A DNA stretch of 64,000 nucleotides from Lama glama. Its lineage: Eukaryota. The position numbers and the translations under genes are program-made. Position 1 is the first letter of the stretch, and the number at the start of each line of letters is the position of its first letter. The stretch is taken from positions 31,930,001-31,994,000 of the forward strand of contig CM052821.1 of the NCBI GenBank assembly GCA_028534125.1, written 5' to 3'. The notes below the pieces were generated by a model. It was not told the DNA's origin. It did no database searches and saw nothing but the letters and a program-made list of their open reading frames with translations. This document shows positions 1-14,042 of the stretch, piece after piece.

Positions 1-976
1 TCCACGATCTCAAAGTATCTCGCTAGGCAGCAACACGATATTTCTGTGTGTCCTTTGCAGAGGATAATTTGACTGGGCTGGAAGTCCTACGCTGCCTCCC
101 TCAATGTGTCTTCCTCCCATTTCCCTAGTGCTTCAAGGCTCACTGAACCAGTGAACCTCTAGCCCCTACTTTGGAATGAGGCAAACTTGTCTTCCCTTTG
201 ACTGCTTCTCCCTCTCTCCTCTCTCATCCCTATAATTTTATTTTCAAGTAGCTTAAATTTTCTAAAAAAGAAAGAGAGGAAGTCAAATTTGAGGCAGAGT
301 ACACTTCTCAGACTTTGCTGGGGTAAAGGAGTCCAAAGTGTCTGCCTGCCTTCTTCAAATAGAGGGAAGACAGAACAAGAACAAAATGTGAATTGCTATC
401 TCAGCAGATTAACCTGTGACTCTACTGTGACACTCATTAGTAATTCAGAGCTAAGCAGAGTGTCTCTCCAGATACTACATCTCTTCTCTGACCTACAAGA
501 AAGCCCACAGTTAATCTGAAATGGTGAACGTTTGTGACCTTTTGACCTTTTGTATGCCTGGGGAAAAGGAAGGGAGAAAGGACTCCTGAGGTGCAAAATA
601 AAAAAGGAAACAGACCAGTGACATCTCAGGCCCAATCGCTTGATGTGGAAGATGTTGGCAATGGAAAGGCAAACTCTTCTTTTTTCGCCCACATGACCAC
701 AACCAACATAGCATTTCAACATCATTTTCAAGTTTAAACCTCTACTTAGCATAGTTTAGCATATGCTGTTTTGGATAAACTAAACCCCAATAATGTATAC
801 TTCTCCCAGGGCCAAGAACAACTTCATATTCCAAAAGAACAAAAAGAGAGACAGATAAAATGAATGAATCTGTAGTTGGGGATACTTGCGGACATGTCAA
901 GAGTTCCACTGACCCATTGTTAGTGAAAAAACTCTGTTTTGGGTACAAAATTTTAATATTTATCCATATCCCACAG

Positions 977-978
<2 letters not shown>

Positions 979-1007
<29 letters not shown>
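979..1007. repeat. (CA)n microsatellite
   Basis: Perfect AC run seen directly. Confidence 0.95.
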
Positions 1008-1013
<6 letters not shown>

Positions 1014-2479
1014 ATCTCAATCTCCTTGAACATTAGTGAGGAACAACAAAATAAAACAGTGTTTCTTCAAGTGAATATTATAATCGGAATTTTATATAGC
1101 TCTTTAGTGCTCTAATATCTGCATTTAAATGCTTAATTTCATGTTTTCCTTCTCATTCATTGTTTATTATTCAGATATTCTCTTAAAATTATATTATTCT
1201 TAGAAAAAATGGTGTAAGAATATGAGAATAATTTTTGTATATTTATACTTACTTCTTTGGATGTGTATTTCCCTCTAAAAATGTAATCCCATTTATTCAC
1301 ATTTACACAAGAAATTTGACAAAACCTTAGCTAGTTCCATAAATCTCACAGTTGGACACAAATCATGTAACAAAATATGGCATCTTCGTTGCTCCATATT
1401 TAGTTCACACCTATAAGAAACGTGAGTATATATTAGCTTTATGTTATTTTAACAGAATTAGATTAGGGGTGATTGCTATCCTCAAACATTTAATAGTGCA
1501 ATAGGTAAACAAGGCCAATGAGTACTGATATGTCAAGAGTTGGGGGGGTGTGTGTTTGTAGCTTTGATTATATGATTAATTGCATAATATATTTAGCTTA
1601 ACTGACTAACTCCTTCAAGTTGAATGAATTCAGATGGAATGTTTTGGTAGGTTGTCTTGCATGATCATACAGAAATTAAGGATGATGTACTTAATAGAAT
1701 AAAATTTCACTAAGACTTAAATGTCAAGAAAGGAATGATTTGGGACCCAAGGCATGATATATTAAAAGTTATTAAAAAAGTTTGTCAGTGATGGAAAGAA
1801 GTTAGTATTAGAAAAACAAAACAAATCCAACCCCCCCCCCCAAAAAAACCATGAAGTCAGTCAGTCAATGTCAAGTATTAGGAGTCTAATGATAAAAAGA
1901 CTTTAAGTTGAGTGAAGTCAAGATGATAAAATAGTAAGAGCTCAAAGGAGATGTTAAAAGGGTTTGGGGTTACTGGATTTCTTCAGTAAAATGGTTGTCA
2001 CAGATTATTGTAAGAGATCTATAAAATATTGAAACTAAAAGGGACAGGGAGCTATGTTTTCAAATTAAAAAAGGGAGCACCGAGTTTGAGACACCAATGT
2101 TTTCACAGAAAGTCATAGGCAGAAGGAATGCAGACTTCCCAACTCTCAGTTATCTCCAAATATTTCAGTAAGAGAGGAATTGGAAAAGTAAAGCAGAACT
2201 TTCTGGAATGTTGAACAGATCTTCCAGCTGTGAGGCTATGAGCCATTGTGTGTGGAACTTTACTTTTTAGTTATAATAACAGGTAAATTTCCCAATAGAA
2301 AATTGTTAACTCTGAGTAGATGGTCCCTGGGCCCATTTACATTTACCTGAGGCCATCCAATTTCCCCTCTGACCAGATGGACACAGATTTGTAGACAGCC
2401 GTGGCCCATGTGGTGTGGCCCAGAGCCTTTCCTGCCTCCTGTGTCACTGCTCCTCTCCAGCAGAATTTGGACTAAGACA

Positions 2480-3020
2480 CAAAAGTGTAATCTTCCAAGT
2501 TTCATGCTTTTCTTCTCCCAGGCAAGAAACCAGAAAGGAATTCTTGAACCATTTAATCAGCAAGTTTTTATTGATTCCCCTGCTTATTCTAATGCTTGTG
2601 GCATCCTCCGTTATATTATAGCTTCATTTTTAAACCAACTTTTGGAATCCTAGACTTCCAACTGCCCCATACTACTTCTGATTTATTTCAAGGGTAAAGC
2701 TGACCGCTGGATTTGGCCATTCTGATCACATCTCTGACTAAAACTCTTCAAAGATTCCCACTGGTTATAGCCTCAAGTTCTGATTACTTAGGCCTCACTG
2801 ATCTGGACCTCATTTTTTTCTTTAATTCAGTATCTAGCCACACTCTCCTATAACCTAGTTTTTTTCAGTTTATTTACAAATCCCCAAAGCACCTGTGTCT
2901 CTTCATAATCTCAATGTTTATTATATCAATTATACTATTTGTCTGTCTCTCATTAGGGGCAGAAGCTTTATCTTATTTTTTTCAGTGTTGCTTAGTGCAG
3001 GGAGCATGGCTTACATATGT
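2480..3020 (+). mobile_element. Decayed L2 LINE 3' region
   Basis: L2-like phrases TCTGATCACATCTCTGACTAAAACTCTTCAAAGATTCCCACTG and GTGCTTAGTGCAGGGAGCATGGC; boundaries approximate. Confidence 0.45.
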
Positions 3021-5195
3021 GCCTCTATTACACCGATTACCACATTTTTTTCTGAAAAGTGTTTCTGAATTCTTGGAAGGATGGTGTTGTTCTGTGTCAC
3101 TCTGCATTCTCAGAACTGAACCCAGTATCAACTACATGGAAATAGTATAACTGCTGCATGTACAAATGGATAAATGAACATTAGACTGGCCCATCACTAT
3201 TGCTCAAGCACTCTTACAACTACTCATCTGCTCATAGACTTTGACCCTTTCTCTTCACCTAGTAAAATCCTATTCAGCAAGTTTTTGTCACATGCCTGGT
3301 GAATTTTAGCTACCTGAGAAAAACAGGTGTTAAAAAATGAATTAAAACTTTTCTCAAGTCAGATTCAACTTTCTTCACATAGTGTGCCTTGACCTCCATC
3401 TAGAAGTAACTTTTCCCTACCCTGAGCCCCCAGAGATTATTTTTGAGGAGGTCTGTTTGGCAACATTGTGCATCTCTTCTATATTTGTTAGAAACTATTT
3501 AAATATTTTGTTATTATTTTAGAACAATAATTATATCTTGTTTCCTTGATTAATCCTTAAGATTTTGAGTTCTTAATGATGATTCCCTACGTTATCTAAC
3601 TTTGACTCTCCCCCATACTGTGTTCAATAACAGATCTGAAAGGCAAGACAGAAGAAAAAGACACGGTATTAGTCTCAGGTTGATGGTGACAATGAAAGTT
3701 GAGGGGTGGAATCACACATGCTTTCATTTAGCTACAGAGCAATTATTAAGGATAAAATGAAGAAATACCAGATAATATGGTGAAATCCATATATCTAAAG
3801 TGCTGAGGGAGTATAAAACATATAATTGATTGGGGAAGTGAGAAAGAATTTGGCAAGTTTCCAATGAGAAAGTGAGTTTGGAACATTCTCTTGAATCAGG
3901 ATTACTGAAAAAATATGAAGAGGGAATTTCACAAGGGTTAAGGGCCCAAGGGGAAAAGGTTATCAGGAGAATTAAAGGGAAGGACAGGCTAAAGTGTTTT
4001 GCTCTAATCAGAGAAGCCATATTACAAATTAACAATATATGGGGTCAGATAGATAGTAATGAACATTCAATGGAACAATTTTATTAAAAAGTTTTAGGAG
4101 TTGAGAGAGCCTTGATTATTTTCCAGTAACTAGTTCATCTATCTCAATGGTTAAAATACTGCTAGGGTCCTGGAGGTCTCTGCCACATTTTTTGACATTG
4201 CTGTAAGCTTAAGCCTAAAACTTGGGTGTAGCATGGACAATATGACTCAGTAAGGCAAAGTGAAAAACCACGGAAGCAAATAAACTTGATACTTTTAAAC
4301 ATTACTTTTAGTCTTTTGTAAAGAACTGCAGAATCAGGTGTCTGAAGCCATCATCCAGACATTGGAAGATAACAAAGAAGTTTAGAGTTTTTCACCCCTC
4401 TTAGTTGGATTCTTATAAACATGCTTCATTAAATGAATGTATTCTCTTATTTGTCCTCAAGTCTTATGAAATATACCAAAAATCTCCCAGGCAATATGAA
4501 CTTACAGAAAACAGAAAAATATGTTCCACTGGATCCTGATAAGCATCCACCAAGGAAAAGACACTGCAATAAAATGGATACTGCTTTATTCATTTCATTA
4601 GCCCTTTAAGGAACTCCCACCACAGCAATCCTTATTTTAAGCACATTCTGGTTTTCATGAAGTGAAGGAGTGAATGAAGATGTTAGCCACCAAAACCCTT
4701 TCTCCTGCTTGTATAAGGAAAGACAAGCCTTTGCCAAATAGCTTTGGTTTAGGGGACACCCATCGCAGTCCACATCTGCTTGAGTAGCTATTTATGCGAG
4801 ATGGAAAATGGAAACTTAATCTCATTTAGTGGCTGAGAGCATGGACTGTTAGTACTCAGTGAAAGTTAAAAGCCATCAGAGCTGGAAAGAATTTAGGCTG
4901 GCAATGGTAGACAAATGTGTATATTTAGTAATATAAAGAAGCCATGAAGAATGACCACTTGGAATCTGTAAAAGTCAATCAAGTCTTTGTCATATGTGGG
5001 GCAGGGAGAAATTGTGTGCCAACTGTTCTGTGACAATGCGCTGAAACATGAAACACTCTGACTTTTTAAAATTTAAGCGCACAAATAGCACTCAGGAATG
5101 TTGTGCCATAACCCAGATGCGATGAAGTCCCTGGCTGAAAACAATGTATAGACAAAACAGTAACTAAAATAACAATAATAATAATAAAAACAATT

Positions 5196-5337
5196 AGCTG
5201 ACAGCGAAAAAAAAATGTGACAATGAATATATGTATGTTCATGTATAACTGAAAAATTTTGCTCTACACTGGAATTTGACACAACATTGTAAAGTGACTA
5301 TAACTCAATAACAAATGTTAAAAAAATAAAATAAAAT
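5196..5337 (+). mobile_element. Young, heavily 5'-truncated L1 3' end (camelid-type) with A-rich tail
   Basis: GTGACAATGAATATATGTATGTTCATGTATAACTGAAAAATTTTGCTCTACACTGGAATTTGACACAACATTGTAAAGTGACTATAACTCAATA followed by an A-rich tail; recalled as the alpaca/camel L1 terminus. Confidence 0.75.
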
Positions 5338-8300
5338 ATCGAGATAATCTTCTTAATTATCCTAAATCTATTTTAACCTCAAAAAAGGAAACTAACCAAA
5401 AACCGATAGCACATTCATTTCACAAAACCTTGCTAAGCCAGAGAAAATGAACTTTATACTTAAAGTAACAGCCGTATAGAAAGAGTGGCCACAAATATGC
5501 AAAGAACTTTCCTTCCACAAAGTCATTTTTTTCATATATTATCTCAGTTATTCATACAATGGATATTATGTCCTCCAACATAGTGCCTCATTATTTTTAA
5601 TGCAATTTATCATGGCTTTATTTTGAAAATGAGATAAATACACAGAACCCTTTAAATTCTCCTATCCTCTTCCTAGTTATATTGTCCTTTTCCTCTTGCA
5701 GGGTATCTGTATCATCAGGAACTTGATATGTATGTTTCCTTTCCTTTCAAAAATATTGCTGCACACATCCATATGTGTTCATGAATGTTGTATTGTTAAT
5801 AGCATCATACTATATATTTTCTGCCACCTTTTTAAACTCAAATTATATTTTAAAGTCTTTTTTTTTCAATCTAGTACTATGTGCCATTTAACAGCTAGGC
5901 AGCATTGCACCATATTGACATAATACATATTACTTTCCTCTAATGAAATTTGGCCTATTTCCATTATTCTCCATCATTATAAATAGCACTACAGACATCC
6001 TAGCATATATCCTGTGTTAATGAAGCACAGTATTTTCTAAGCATTTTGCTGCATAATCTGATCTTCACAAATCTTCACAAAAAACCTACAACTGTTGTTT
6101 CATTAACATCTTAAAATTAATATATCAAAAAGGTTAAAAAACAGTACCAAGTTAACACAACTGATAAGAAAAGAGCTGGGATTAAATCTGTTGATTTTAT
6201 TGAGATTAAATCTATTGCTATTGAAATCATTTTATTTATTTATTTGTTTACATTCCTGTCACATACACCAGAATACAAGTCTCATGGGACAAGGGGCCTT
6301 GATTTCTGTCAATAAGTACTTGATAAATGAATAAACCACTGAACAAAGGAGTAAGTGTCTGAAGACAATAGCTCTCCTCTATGTGGCAGAGCTCAACACT
6401 GAAAGACTATTACCTGGTCTGGGGTCCCTGAATGAATTCATTTTCATCCTAAGCAATTCCATCTCAAAAAAGCCAAGGCAGGCTGTTCTAGGTTTGGCTC
6501 CTCATCAAATGTCTGTGTTTGCTCAAACTGGGAATTTGGGGATGTACACTGGGTGAGCAAACTTTGAATCATTTCATGACATACTGGCAGTTTGTGGTTC
6601 TGAAGAAGAAATCTGGAAAGTTCAGTGACTTACTATAATATTTTTGCTCATTTTGTAAACTCTGGAAAAAAATCTTCAAAGTCACAGCCACAAGTTTTGT
6701 GACACACAAGGCTATTAAAAATGAGTAATTAAAAGAACATGAATTGTGGTGTCTTAACAAGAATAGTCCTGATTCTGGGAAAAAGACAGTTTAGCAATCC
6801 ACTGTCTTTAGAGTTGTTGGCAAAACTTTTCCATTCCTTCATTCTCTGCCATAAACATCCGATAAGACATGAGGAAATTCTGTGAGCATTCTCGACACTC
6901 AAGACTGTTATCAGCACTACATTTGTTTGAGTCATGCATTTTATTCTGCTGTGTTACTACCCTGAAGCTCATTGAATAACCCTAATTCATAAAACATGAT
7001 TAGTTCTGTTTATTAAATTTTCTAGTTAGCGAAAATGTAGAAGGAAGCCTCTTTTTTCTTTTTACCATTGTTTTAACAACTTTCTAAAATATAGTAACAT
7101 ACTTTCCTGAGTTCATTATTGTAACTAACAACCCAATCTTCCTTTAAAGATGTAGTATCTTTATGTATCTTGGAACCATCTAACTTGCAGTAAGATCCTG
7201 TACGTTTTTGTAAGAGGTTGTACCAAATCTGTAGAAATCACAAGGCATATCCTAGAATTTATTTCTATTCATCTATTTGTGTTCATTCTACTTTTGTCTA
7301 GTTAACTGGACAAGATGTTAATGTAAGGTCCCAATTAGTTGAATTCTGTTAGATTAATGTTTTAAAAGGCTGACTATAAAGTGAACCAATATGGTACAAA
7401 AGATGTCACAAGTGTTCACATTTTGGACATGATAGAAACAATATTTTGGCAACAGTACTAAAATTCATTCAGCTTGAAAACAAACACAAAACCAACTTCC
7501 TACCAAAGCAGAAATGGTGACTCTATAGCATGCTTATTTCGAAGAATAGCTTCTAGTTTCTTACTGCTAGAATGATTATGTATAGATGTGTGCCAAAAAA
7601 GTGGCAAATATTTTATCATCTGTACTTACTTTCCTCAGAAACTATATAGTACTCAGTTACCTCTACATTATATATTATAATAACATACTAAATGAAAGAT
7701 GTGCTCTTTCTAGTTACTTATAAATTTTTTATATGGAAAATTTCAAAGACAAAAGTTGAGAATACCACAGTGAACGCCATGAACCTATGACCCAGGACCA
7801 GAACACAACCAATCTTGTTCATCTGTATCTGCCCTAGTATAAACATTACTAGCATTCCTAGAACAAATATGAAATGTGGTGTGGTAGAAACACCACTGAA
7901 TGGAAGAAAATCTGAGTCCAAGTCTTTGCTCTACCATGGGAAAACTCTAGCTTCTCTATAACTCACAACATGAGGTCTATATAGCCAATTATCGTTAAGC
8001 TTGCTTCACAATCTTGTTTTACACACTAGGCTGTAGTAGTATATGGTGGGTCAGTGTGGTCCTCTGAATGCACCCTGCATCTTCAGTGACCTTCCTCTTT
8101 CTAAGTAGATACTTGGATATATGTATATATATGTATATATGTAACCTATGTATACCACAAAGGCAAAATTATAACCAACTTAAAAAAGAAAGTAGAACTT
8201 AAAATGGAATAATCTTTGTAACCATAGCTATTCAACCATTATAATGATGACAACTCTTAAAAAAGGCTCCTGTACCAAAATAGAGGCACAGGCTAGATAT

Positions 8301-10061
8301 ATCTTGAATATACACATGCAATCAGTGAAAAACAAAACTGATAATATCATAAATATGTTGTAGAAATAAAACATTATGAAATAGGCTGATGGCATTTCAA
8401 AAACAGCCTAAAGTTATAAACTAAATAGTTTCATCTCAGTAATGGGACAGAATGTTTTGAAATTTATTTTAATGTGATGAGGTTGCAGTTAATCTGATAA
8501 TTAAAATTGATTACACATGGAAAATTCATGCAAAAATTGTCAGTGAAATAGAATCCACCCCATGTCACGTGTTAGCATTATTTGCTTGTCTTAATTCGGT
8601 AATGCCACAAACCTAGTCTGTCTTCTTCACTGCTGTATCCCTAGCACCTAGAAAACTACAAAACACAAAACAATTATGACTAAACAAATACATTTCTAAT
8701 CAGTGTATTCTAGGGAAGAAATATGAACATTGAGATGGTTTTCGATATATTCAAATACATTTTGGTGCTGATTATATCATTTATTTTTGCCTTTCTACAC
8801 ATGGGAATTTGAAAAGGTCTGTGTGCATTTAGCCATAATTTTGATAAAATTAAGTAAATTGAAATTAATGGTGAGCTGTGAGGAAGACAACTAATACGTC
8901 TCTGACAAATATGTGTAGAAAAAGATAGTGACAGACTGAGGAGATGGGAAGTGTTACAAGGTGAAATTTACCAAAAGTAAGTATGAGACTTTCACACATG
9001 TGCAGTCAACAGAATTCACTGATACAAAATAAGGAGACTATGACTTAGCAGCTTGATAGTTAACAGTACATTCAGTATCAAGTAAAGAGGTGATTTCATT
9101 CCCGAGAAGATAGTATCATTTCAAACTTTATTAAGGGAGTTAAAACTAGGGAAGGAACAGTTCAACTCTGTACTTAGTCAAGGCTTGGACTATTTCTTTC
9201 AGTTCAGGGTACCTTCATTTAGAATAATGTAGATACAGTAAAGTACATTTATAAATGAATGACTAAAAATGATATCTGAGAAATATTAAAAGGAAGTAGA
9301 AAAATTAATCCTAAAGATGTGGAGCCTTATGAAAAGGAATATAAAAGTTAAAAATATATATTAGTGGATATCATCAAGAATTTCTGTTCCTTTGACATTC
9401 TCATTATGTCTTATTTTGATCCCACTCTCTTTGAGCCATGCCTCTCCTGGGTGCCCATAGCAGTTAATCACTTGTCTTCTCACATCAGTTCTTGATCCCA
9501 CTCCCCAATTCCATGGTCAACTTAGCAGTCAGAGATTTCTTCACATCACATGTGATGTGAACAGAAAAGACAACGGAGTTTATGTTTATATTTATATTTA
9601 TCTCATTAGATCCTCACAACATCCACATGAAATAATATTACAGCTTAATTTTCCTAAGATGCAGAAAGATCACTCAAAACTTTCAAATGACTTATTCAAA
9701 GACACATGAGTAGGAAGTTGTGTATCTGTTATTAGAAATCAGGTCTATCTTATTTCAGAATCCATGTTTTATAAGCAACCAAGTTGTGGGTCCTGGGCCG
9801 ATCAGGGATATGATTTGGGGGAGTAGAGAGAAATATTCTGAAGTAGAACTCCCCAAATAGTTATCAATTGTTGTGTAGCACATTACCCAAAACACAGTGG
9901 CTTAATACTAAAAATATTTATTATATTTCAGAGATTCTTTGAAATATATCAGTTTTATTCACTAACATATTTCATGTATCTATTGCCTGGCACTGATGAG
10001 GTGTTCAATTATTATTAAAATAAATATGAATGAATTAAATATAAACGTGCATGTGAGTAAA

Positions 10062-10064
<3 letters not shown>

Positions 10065-10097
<33 letters not shown>
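10065..10097. repeat. (AT)n microsatellite
   Basis: Perfect AT run seen directly. Confidence 0.95.
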
Positions 10098-10101
<4 letters not shown>

Positions 10102-10264
10102 TAAATGCATAAAGTATCATGGAAGTTGATAATATTTTTATATATGGTTATACAATTGCTGTTGAATGCATTTTTTTCTACAAATCTATAAATAATAGAA
10201 CATTTGGTGATGATGATGTTTAGTGAATTTTGACTTTGCCAATCAACCTTAACTGAAAATACTT

Positions 10265-10725
10265 TGTGCTTTGGTTATCTATTGCCAAATAATAATCTAC
10301 CCCAATACTCAGTGGCTTAAAACAACAACTGTTTTGTTTACTTGATCACAATTTGGCAATTTGGGCCAGGGCCAGTGGGGTTTGTTTCTGGTCAAGGTGA
10401 TTCCAGCTAGGGCCTCTCCTCTGGGGGACACCAACTGAGCATCCAGTTCCAAGATGGCTTCAGTCACATGGACTCTTTGTGCAGTTGAATTGTCTTCCTC
10501 ATAGCATGCCAGTTTCAGGGTAGTCAGGGCCTTACTTTGTGGGGAGCTCTATCTACAATGCAATAGCTGAATCTCCCATCTTTCTTAACCTTTAGGCCAG
10601 CACCTACATAGCATGACTTCCTCTGCATTGTACTGGTTAAAGCAGGTCACAGAACAAGCTCAGACTTAAGGAGAATGACTACACAAGAGTGGAAACATAG
10701 GGAGATATGGTTTATTGGGGAAAGA
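10265..10725 (-). mobile_element. ERVL-MaLR LTR (MLT1H/I-like)
   Basis: Reverse-strand MLT1 hallmarks CTCAGTGGCTTAAAACAACAA, TCCAAGATGGCTTCAGTCACATG and ACTTCCTCTGCATTGTACTGGTTAAAGCAGGTCACAG. Confidence 0.7.
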
Positions 10726-11291
10726 GGGTTCTGTGAGGGCAGAGAACTTTCTATATTGTCCAACACTCTACTTCTTTTAGACCAGTGCCTGGTTCATACT
10801 AGGGGCTAAACTATGTATTGAAACAATTGAGTAAAGGAATGGATAAATTATATGAGGAATAAGAAAAATTTTGCTTGACCAAAGAGGGGAAGAATTCAAT
10901 AGAAGACTATTATAGGATAATGAAAAAGTTCCAGTTTTGACGAACAAAGCTTGCATGAAGTATAGTGAGAGATTTCTGAGAGATGTTGGATGTCATAGGG
11001 AAGGTGATAGAGGGCCTGATGCAAGGAAAATATGTGACTCAGTCTAAAGAAAAACAAGCTATCTAAGCAGTTTAAAGGTATAACATTTGACATTTCAGCC
11101 ATTATTCTTTCCCAATACATGGTAAACAGATATAAATGAAGCAACAATTCTGAAAAAGAAAAAACAAAACAAAAAACTAACATCTTCAAGGAATGAAGCT
11201 TTGCAGAACAAAATAATGCCAAATAATCACTGCATTAAATTGTTCTATTAGCAACTCAATGAAGAAAAAAAAAACAGTGCCAAAAAATCAC

Positions 11292-11517
11292 TGCTATAGA
11301 TTGAATGTTTGTGTCCCTTCAAAATCCCCTGCCCCTTCCTCTGTGGGAGGTTACAGTGAGAAGACAGCTGTCGATGAGGAAGCAGGTGCTCACCAGACAC
11401 CAGATATGCAGGTGCCCTGATCTTGGACTTTCCAGTCTCCAGACTGTGAGAAATAAATCTTTATAAGCCACCCAGTTTATAGTATCTTTGTCATAACAGC
11501 CCAAATGACCTGAGACA
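11292..11517 (+). mobile_element. MLT1A-like solo LTR, internally deleted, with perfect 5-bp TSD
   Basis: TG...CA termini (TGCTATAGATTGAATGTTTGTGTCCC ... CTGAGACA), internal CTTGGACTTTCCAGTCTCCAGACTGTGAGAAATAAAT, and TSD ATCAC at 11287-11291 and 11518-11522. Confidence 0.85.
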
Positions 11518-12194
11518 ATCACATTCATAAAAACAGTTGACTATTTTCCAAGTAAGAGAATATCACTACTATTAATAAAGTTTAGAAAGGAAAAAAATAG
11601 TACCAAGGAGAACTTATCTCTCTTATATTTTTGTTAGTTTGTGTACAATTAGGATTTCAGTAAAACAGAGATTATTGCTTAGCTCTTTAAGAAAAGTTTA
11701 AATGTAGGGTCATAAATTTTTTAGAAATTTCTGTTCCTTAAAGATATGTGCCATTTTGTGATCATACAGTCCTCACACCTAGCAGTGTCCTGATGGAAAA
11801 ACCTCAAGTTTCAACCATGATGTGTCACATAATAAATCAATAAAATATATATTTGAGCTTCTGCTCAAAATTTTGTTATGTACTTGGACCTTGGGCAAAT
11901 GTTCAGAAACCCAGAATTGGCTATGAACTAACTAGTCACTGTTATGCCTATTATATCATTGTTTAGTTTCATTTGACAGTTGGGTTTCATTAAAATGCAG
12001 AAAAAAAGAGTATTAAATATGCTCAAAATACATTTAGTTTGGAAAGAATGTTTTCTAACATAGAAAAGGCCTGGTAAATAAAAGTCAGCACATTAGAAAA
12101 TAAATACAGACACTCAATTTGCCCTTTCAGGTTACTGTTCTATACAGGATAAGCCTTAACTACAGACTTGAATACATGGTTAGTACTGTATAAA

Positions 12195-12850
12195 CTCATT
12201 CAGTCATTTACTCAGTAAATATGGATTGAGATTGTATTATGTGCCAAGTCTTGCTCTATGCCTTAGAATTAATCATTGAACAAAAATAATAACCACTACC
12301 TTCATGGAGTTTATATTCTGATGAGGGAAACAAAAAAAGAAAAATAATGATAAAAATACATGATGTTGCATGTGAGAAGGTAATACATGTTATGGAAATA
12401 ACAGAGCGTGGTAATGGGGGGCTAGTGCCAAGTATACGGGAGAAATAGGATACAGCGTTAAATAGGGCACCATGTTAGGGCTCATAGAGAGGTAACTCTG
12501 AGGGGAGGTGTACAATGTAAGGGATGAGTTTTTCACGCAAAGGGGATTACTAGTACAAAGACCCTAAGACAAGAGACCACCTGGCTTACTTGAGCGACAG
12601 CAAGATATTAATAATGGCAGGATGGGAGGGAGTGAAGGATAGAGTACCACAAGTCTGAGAAGTTATAGTGGTGGTTGGGGGAGGGGAGTATTTTTCTGAA
12701 GGCCCTCATGGGCCTTTTAAAATTTTTGGCTGATTTTTTTTTAAGGGAAATGCAGAGCCAGTGTATAGTTTTGAACAGAGAAGTTTCATGTTGCGAATTA
12801 GACTTCAACACCTCATGCATACTGCTGTACTGATTATAGCCTGGGATGGG
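12195..12850 (-). mobile_element. L2 LINE 3' fragment
   Basis: (CATT)-like tail followed by TATGTGCCAAG...CCCTTCATGGAGTTTATATTCTG...TTTTGAACAGAGAAG, typical of antisense L2. Confidence 0.7.
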
Positions 12851-13459
12851 TTAATGCTGCTTTCCCTGAGCACGCAAGTCTGAAGTCCTTGCCTCGCTGC
12901 CTCAGATTTCTTCATCAGTCATCTTATGATGCTGCTGCTCACAAGATTTGAATGAGTTCTTTGGAACATGTGGTTTTTATTTGCTCCCTTTTCTCTAATG
13001 CCACGTAAATTCGTCATTAGTGGAGAGATTTTGGACACTTTAATAATCTACAAAGAACAAATGTGAAGTTTTTTTACCCCAATGCCTGCATTTGTGGTCT
13101 TTCCATTGGTAAACTCCAAACAGTAGAAATATTAATTACTTGAATGAACTAATTAAACAAATATTTATTGTATGTCTATATGTGTCAGGCACTGTTCTAT
13201 GCTTGGGCATTTAGCAGTAAACAAAATAAACCAGGACCCTACTCTCATGAAGCTCATATTAAATTTCAAACAATATATGCAACTTACAATGTACATATTG
13301 AAGGTTAGCTCCTATACACATAACTTGAATTTCATTTCAAAGAAGAAGACATGGGAGAAATCCTACTTAGGCTTATCACCTTCTTTCATAGGAACCATAC
13401 CATCAAAGATCACAGGATATTTTCTAATCTAGATTTGTGCCTTTGAAAAGGGAGGGTGT

Positions 13460-14042
13460 AATTCTTGTGTTTACAACATTTGTTCCTCCTTTTTCTTCGT
13501 AACCATATGCTAGTTTTATTCTACTTTCCTCTCTCTGTGCAGCTCATGTGAGTAAGGGGAAAATAAATCCAAACCTAGCTCTAGGTATGACCCAACTGAC
13601 CTAAGCCAGTAAGCACAACCTACGGGGGTTGGCCTTCCGGGATGAGCACATGATTGAATTCAGATCAATGTGATGGGAGGAGATGTTTTTGAGAGCTGCT
13701 GAGAAAGAATCTCTCATATTCTCCCAAGAGAGCTCCTCAGACCAAAGTTCTCTCTGTCTGCTCACTGTAAATGAGTCACTGGTAGCCACTAGCAGACCCT
13801 GGTAGCCGTCTTGTAACCCTAAGGAAAAGTAGCCCTAGGTTGAAACAGCGCTAAGAAAGGTGCCAAGGAGGTATGGAAAGGAACAGAGTATTTTGGGATC
13901 ACGAACACTGCATCAAACCTTGCCTAAAGCCAGACATACCTCTGGTCTTCAGCTACTTAGCCCACTAAGTTCCTCTGTTGTTTAAGCCTGAGCTTGAGTC
14001 AAGTTTTCTATTACTTCAGCTAAAGGATTCCCACGTGATACA
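13460..14042 (+). mobile_element. ERVL-MaLR LTR (MLT1J/K/L-like)
   Basis: GGTAGCCGTCTTGTAACC, CCTTGCCTAAAGCCAGACATACCTCTGG and 3' end TGTTTAAGCC...TTTTCTATTACTTCAGCTAAAGGATTCCCACGTGATACA. Confidence 0.7.
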
